A DNA stretch of 64,000 nt from Bacilli bacterium (GTDB taxonomy: Bacteria; Bacillota_I; Bacilli_A; RF39; UBA660): the NCBI GenBank assembly GCA_017435255.1, contig JAFSFI010000011.1, forward strand, positions 48,894-112,893, in the 5' to 3' direction. A program made the position numbers and the translations under genes. Position 1 is the first letter of the stretch; each line of letters starts with the position of its first letter. Below the pieces are notes generated by a model. That model was not told the origin of the DNA, ran no database searches, and saw only the letters and a list, made by a program, of their open reading frames with translations. Below are positions 62,101 through 64,000 of this stretch, one piece after another.

Positions 62101-62808
62101 ATATCAGAGATAAATGGTAAAGTTTCTAAAATTGAAGAAGATCATGGTAAATTTAGAATCAGCGTTACAAATAAACTTGAAACTAAAGAACATGTATCTA
62201 ATTATGGTGCGAAACTTCGCGTTGAATTAGGTGATGAAGTTGTTGCCGGAGATAAGTTAACTGAAGGAGCTATAAGTCCTAAAGAATTATTGGCAGTAAC
62301 TGACCCGCTTACAACACAAGAATATATCTTAAAAGAGGTTCAAAGCGTATATCGTGGTCAAGGTGTAGATATTTCTGATAAGCACGTTGAAATTATTGCT
62401 AAGCGCATGATTTCTAAAATTAGAATTGTTGATTCGGGAGATACATTATTCTTACCTGGTTCACTTGTAAATTATAGAGAGTTTACAGACGGTAATAAAG
62501 AAGTTATTATTAGTGGTAAACGTCCAGCTACAGGTAAACCAATACTTCTTGGTATTACTAAGGCCTCTCTAGAAACTGATTCATTCTTATCTGCCGCATC
62601 ATTCCAAGAAACAACAAGAATCCTAACAGATGCTGCTATAAGAGGAAAAGTTGATACATTACAAGGATTAAAAGAAAACGTTATTATTGGTAAACTTATC
62701 CCAGCAGGTACTGGTGCAAGGCAATATAAAAACGTTGAATTTGAACTAGCATCTCAATTTATCGATGAAGAACCTATTGATAAACTAGAAGATGAATTAA
62801 TGGAATAA
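59176..62808 (+). CDS. rpoC: DNA-directed RNA polymerase subunit beta'
   Basis: 1210 aa; zinc-binding CxC...CxxC near the N-terminus; catalytic NADFDGD; the start shares 1 nt with the rpoB stop. Confidence 0.97.
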   Translation: MIEVNKFEALKIGIASPDKIREWSYGEVKKPETINYRTLRPERDGLFCEKIFGPTKDFECACGKYKRVRYKNIVCDRCGVEVTRSKVRRERMGHIELASPVSHIWFFKGVPSRMGLVLDMSPRDLEEVLYFVSYVVIDKGIAPLENKQTLSEKEYRQYYEKYGNGFRVGMGAEAIKELLSKVDIEKELEEITKELEDAQGQKRTRLLKRIDVLDAFHKSGNRPEWMILDCIPVIPPELRPMIQLDGGRFATSDLNDLYRRVINRNNRLKKLIDLKAPGIIIQNEKRMLQEAVDALFDNGRRGRSVTGAGNRPLKSISSMLKGKQGRFRQNLLGKRVDYSGRSVIVVGPSLKMYQCGIPKEMAIELFKPHVINGLVSRDIAHNIKAAKRLIENRDPQVWDVVEDVIKEHPVMLNRAPTLHRLGIQAFEPVLIGGKAIRLHPLVCPAFNADFDGDQMAVHVPLSEEAQAEARLLMLGANNILSPKSGDPIVTPSQDMVLGNYYLTMEKAGLDGEGRVFKDVNEALMAYERRELTLHTRIALPVDSFKHKLFTEGQKGKYLVTTVGKLIFNEVLPDSFAYINEPTLDNIQSITPNKYFIEKGQNIPEVIKEMPIVKPFPKGTLENIIAQVFKRYKTTETSIMLDKLKDLGFKYSTVAGITISISDVVTSNTKNEIIAEAKKVVDKINKQYQRGLITDEERFQKVISTWDDAKNQVQKELSGMADKYTDNPIFMMMHSKARGSISNFTQLAGMRGIMSKPDGTPVEIPITSNFREGLSVSEFFLSTHGARKGSADTALKTADSGYLTRRLVDVSQDIIVREEDCGTENGVVVREFVNDKTGEVIEKLYDRIVGRYANKKIINPETKAVIAEKLEYITESIADKIVKAGIKEVEIRTTLTCDTVNGVCQKCYGRNLATGNIVEIGEAVGIMAAQSIGEPGTQLTMRTFHTGGVAGGEDITQGLPRIQELFEARIPKGKSTISEINGKVSKIEEDHGKFRISVTNKLETKEHVSNYGAKLRVELGDEVVAGDKLTEGAISPKELLAVTDPLTTQEYILKEVQSVYRGQGVDISDKHVEIIAKRMISKIRIVDSGDTLFLPGSLVNYREFTDGNKEVIISGKRPATGKPILLGITKASLETDSFLSAASFQETTRILTDAAIRGKVDTLQGLKENVIIGKLIPAGTGARQYKNVEFELASQFIDEEPIDKLEDELME

Positions 62809-62810
62809 TA

Positions 62811-62836
62811 AAAAGACCTACATATAGGTCTTTTTT
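62811..62836 (+). terminator. intrinsic terminator after rpoC
   Basis: AGACCTA-CATA-TAGGTCT followed by TTTTT. Confidence 0.8.
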
Positions 62837-62838
62837 GT

Positions 62839-63042
62839 TTGAACGATTACTTTTTCAAAATAGTATTATCAAATTTAACTACACAATATGAACCAGATCA
62901 AGAAGCCTTAGATTTTAATTTAAGTGGAAGAAAAACATTGGAATTTATTATTGTTTCCGAAAATGGAATCTATTTAAATTTAGAAGAAGATATGTTTGCT
63001 TGTACAATAACCGGAACTGAAAATGGTACATTTGTAAAATAA
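62839..63042 (+). pseudogene. doubtful ORF / possible gene remnant (67 codons)
   Basis: The TTG start lies inside the rpoC terminator. There is no SD and no family match. Confidence 0.2.
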
Positions 63043-63072
63043 AAAGAATTCTTATTTAGAATTCTTTTTTTC
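63041..63072. terminator. bidirectional terminator shared with mscL
   Basis: AAGAATTCT-TATTT-AGAATTCTT flanked by an A-run and a T-run. Confidence 0.7.
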
Positions 63073-63507
63073 TTTTTTTAGTAAATCTCTAATTTCTTCT
63101 AGTAATACTACTTCATCACTTTTCTTTGGTGGATCTTCTTTCTTCTCTTCCTCTTTCTTTTTGATAAAGAATTTATTGATTAGTTTAATAAATACAAAAA
63201 TACAGAAAGCAATAACTAGAAAATCAATAATGTTTTGTATGAATAAACCATATGCAATACTAGAATCACCTATTGTTAAAGACAGGCTAGAAAAGTCTCT
63301 ACCACCAATCACAACTCCAATAAGTGGAGTTATTATGTCATTTACCAATGAAGTAACTATTTTGCTAAAAGCACCCCCAACAACAACACCAACAGCTAAA
63401 TCTAGTACATTTCCTCTAGATACGAACGTTTTAAATTCATTTAAGAACTTATTCATTTTCTCTTTTTCTTTTTTTATTTGTTCTTTTTCAATTACTTTTT
63501 TTGCCAT
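63052..63507 (-). CDS. mscL: large-conductance mechanosensitive channel MscL
   Basis: [40 protein letters not shown] core; SD GAGGTGA before the ATG at 63507; Lys/Glu-rich extensions at both termini. Confidence 0.9.
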   Translation of the reverse strand: MAKKVIEKEQIKKEKEKMNKFLNEFKTFVSRGNVLDLAVGVVVGGAFSKIVTSLVNDIITPLIGVVIGGRDFSSLSLTIGDSSIAYGLFIQNIIDFLVIAFCIFVFIKLINKFFIKKKEEEKKEDPPKKSDEVVLLEEIRDLLKKEKKNSK

Positions 63508-63560
63508 GTTTTCACCTCAAAATTATTATAAATCACAATTAGAAAAAAGCATAGAATAAA

Positions 63561-64000
63561 TTATAAAAAATCTTTCTGATGCTTTTTTTCTTTAATATTG
63601 GTATAAATGTCCTTTTTGATAACGTTACTATTTTTTCTTTTGAATTCTTTATTTAAATAATTATAATAGGCTCCCGGAGTGATTAATCCATTAATTTGTA
63701 ATATATCGGTACCAGTAGCTCCTAACACTTTATCAACTAATTTTACACAGTTATTAGAGAATAAAAAATATTTTTTCCATTTTCCTTTAGAAAATTTGTG
63801 AAACCTAGCGTTTGTGTGTTTATATAGAATGCTAGCATAATCATCGTGCTCTTGGGTATCATCTGTCTCTTGTTTACAATACCACCTATATGAATGCTCT
63901 TTAATTTTTTCTAACTCTTTTTTGATTTTTAGTTTTTGTTTGTCTGTTAATGTTATTCCGAAACAAAATATAGTTTTTTTCGAGTGGGACGTACAAAATT
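63561..64000 (-). CDS. hypothetical protein, C-terminal part (ORF runs off window end)
   Basis: Hand translation of the minus strand is open from 64000 to the TAA at 63561-63 (...KELEKIKEHSYRWYCKQETDD...FSNNCVKLVDKVLGATGTDILQINGLITPGAYYNYL...). It is absent from the ORF track because no start lies in the window. Confidence 0.5.
   Translation of the reverse strand, partial: FCTSHSKKTIFCFGITLTDKQKLKIKKELEKIKEHSYRWYCKQETDDTQEHDDYASILYKHTNARFHKFSKGKWKKYFLFSNNCVKLVDKVLGATGTDILQINGLITPGAYYNYLNKEFKRKNSNVIKKDIYTNIKEKKHQKDFL

Noticed and set aside
62839-63042. 67-codon ORF between rpoC and mscL
   Set aside because: The TTG start is embedded in the rpoC terminator stem-loop tail. There is no SD, and the reading frame opens only at 62812. 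It is kept only as a low-confidence remnant, not as a gene.
1-64000. Searched by eye for CRISPR repeats, IS/transposase or integrase genes, tRNA/rRNA genes, prophage or defence-island signatures
   Set aside because: None was found. There are no regularly spaced direct repeats, no long terminal inverted repeats and no recombinase-like ORFs. Gene content is uninterrupted housekeeping core.

Overview
This is an AT-rich, low-GC Firmicute (Bacilli/Erysipelotrichia-like) chromosomal replication-origin region. UGA is a stop codon, because prfB carries the classic UGA +1 frameshift site. Coding strand switches at about 9.6 kb. To the left, on the minus strand, lie dnaA, dnaN, a ComK-family gene, recF, gyrB, gyrA, SRP RNA and tadA. 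To the right, on the plus strand, the order is: rpmH-rnpA-yidC-jag-(68 aa ORF)-mnmE-mnmG-rsmG-noc-soj-spo0J-DUF951-abgT-ychF-rpsF-ssb-rpsR-divIC-tilS-ftsH-dusB-RDD-lysS-yfcC-like-clpC-prfB-yitT x2-ftsEX-M23 hydrolase-LOG-uvrB-radical SAM/SPASM-yqeG-uvrA-yvlD-like-lgt-trxB-ygjV-like-secE-nusG-(286 aa unknown)-rplKAJL-(265 aa unknown)-ybxB-like methyltransferase-rpoBC. mscL and a partial ORF then converge on the minus strand. A bipartite oriC with DnaA boxes and DnaA-trio-like repeats flanks dnaA. Two exact Noc-binding palindromes and a parS pair sit at the left edge. I see no transposase, integrase, phage genes, CRISPR array, rRNA, tRNA or recognisable defence or toxin genes. The window is housekeeping core, and I cannot support an obvious novel multi-gene system. 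The items most worth a second look are non-canonical insertions into otherwise highly conserved gene strings. They are: a short ComK homologue where yaaA/rlbA normally sits, with an activator-type direct-repeat promoter; a radical SAM/SPASM gene translationally coupled to uvrB inside uvrB-uvrA; a 286 aa unknown protein coupled to nusG ahead of rplK; and a Noc paralogue that lacks the N-terminal membrane-targeting helix although perfect NBS sites are present. All family calls come from motif recognition by eye. No searches were run.
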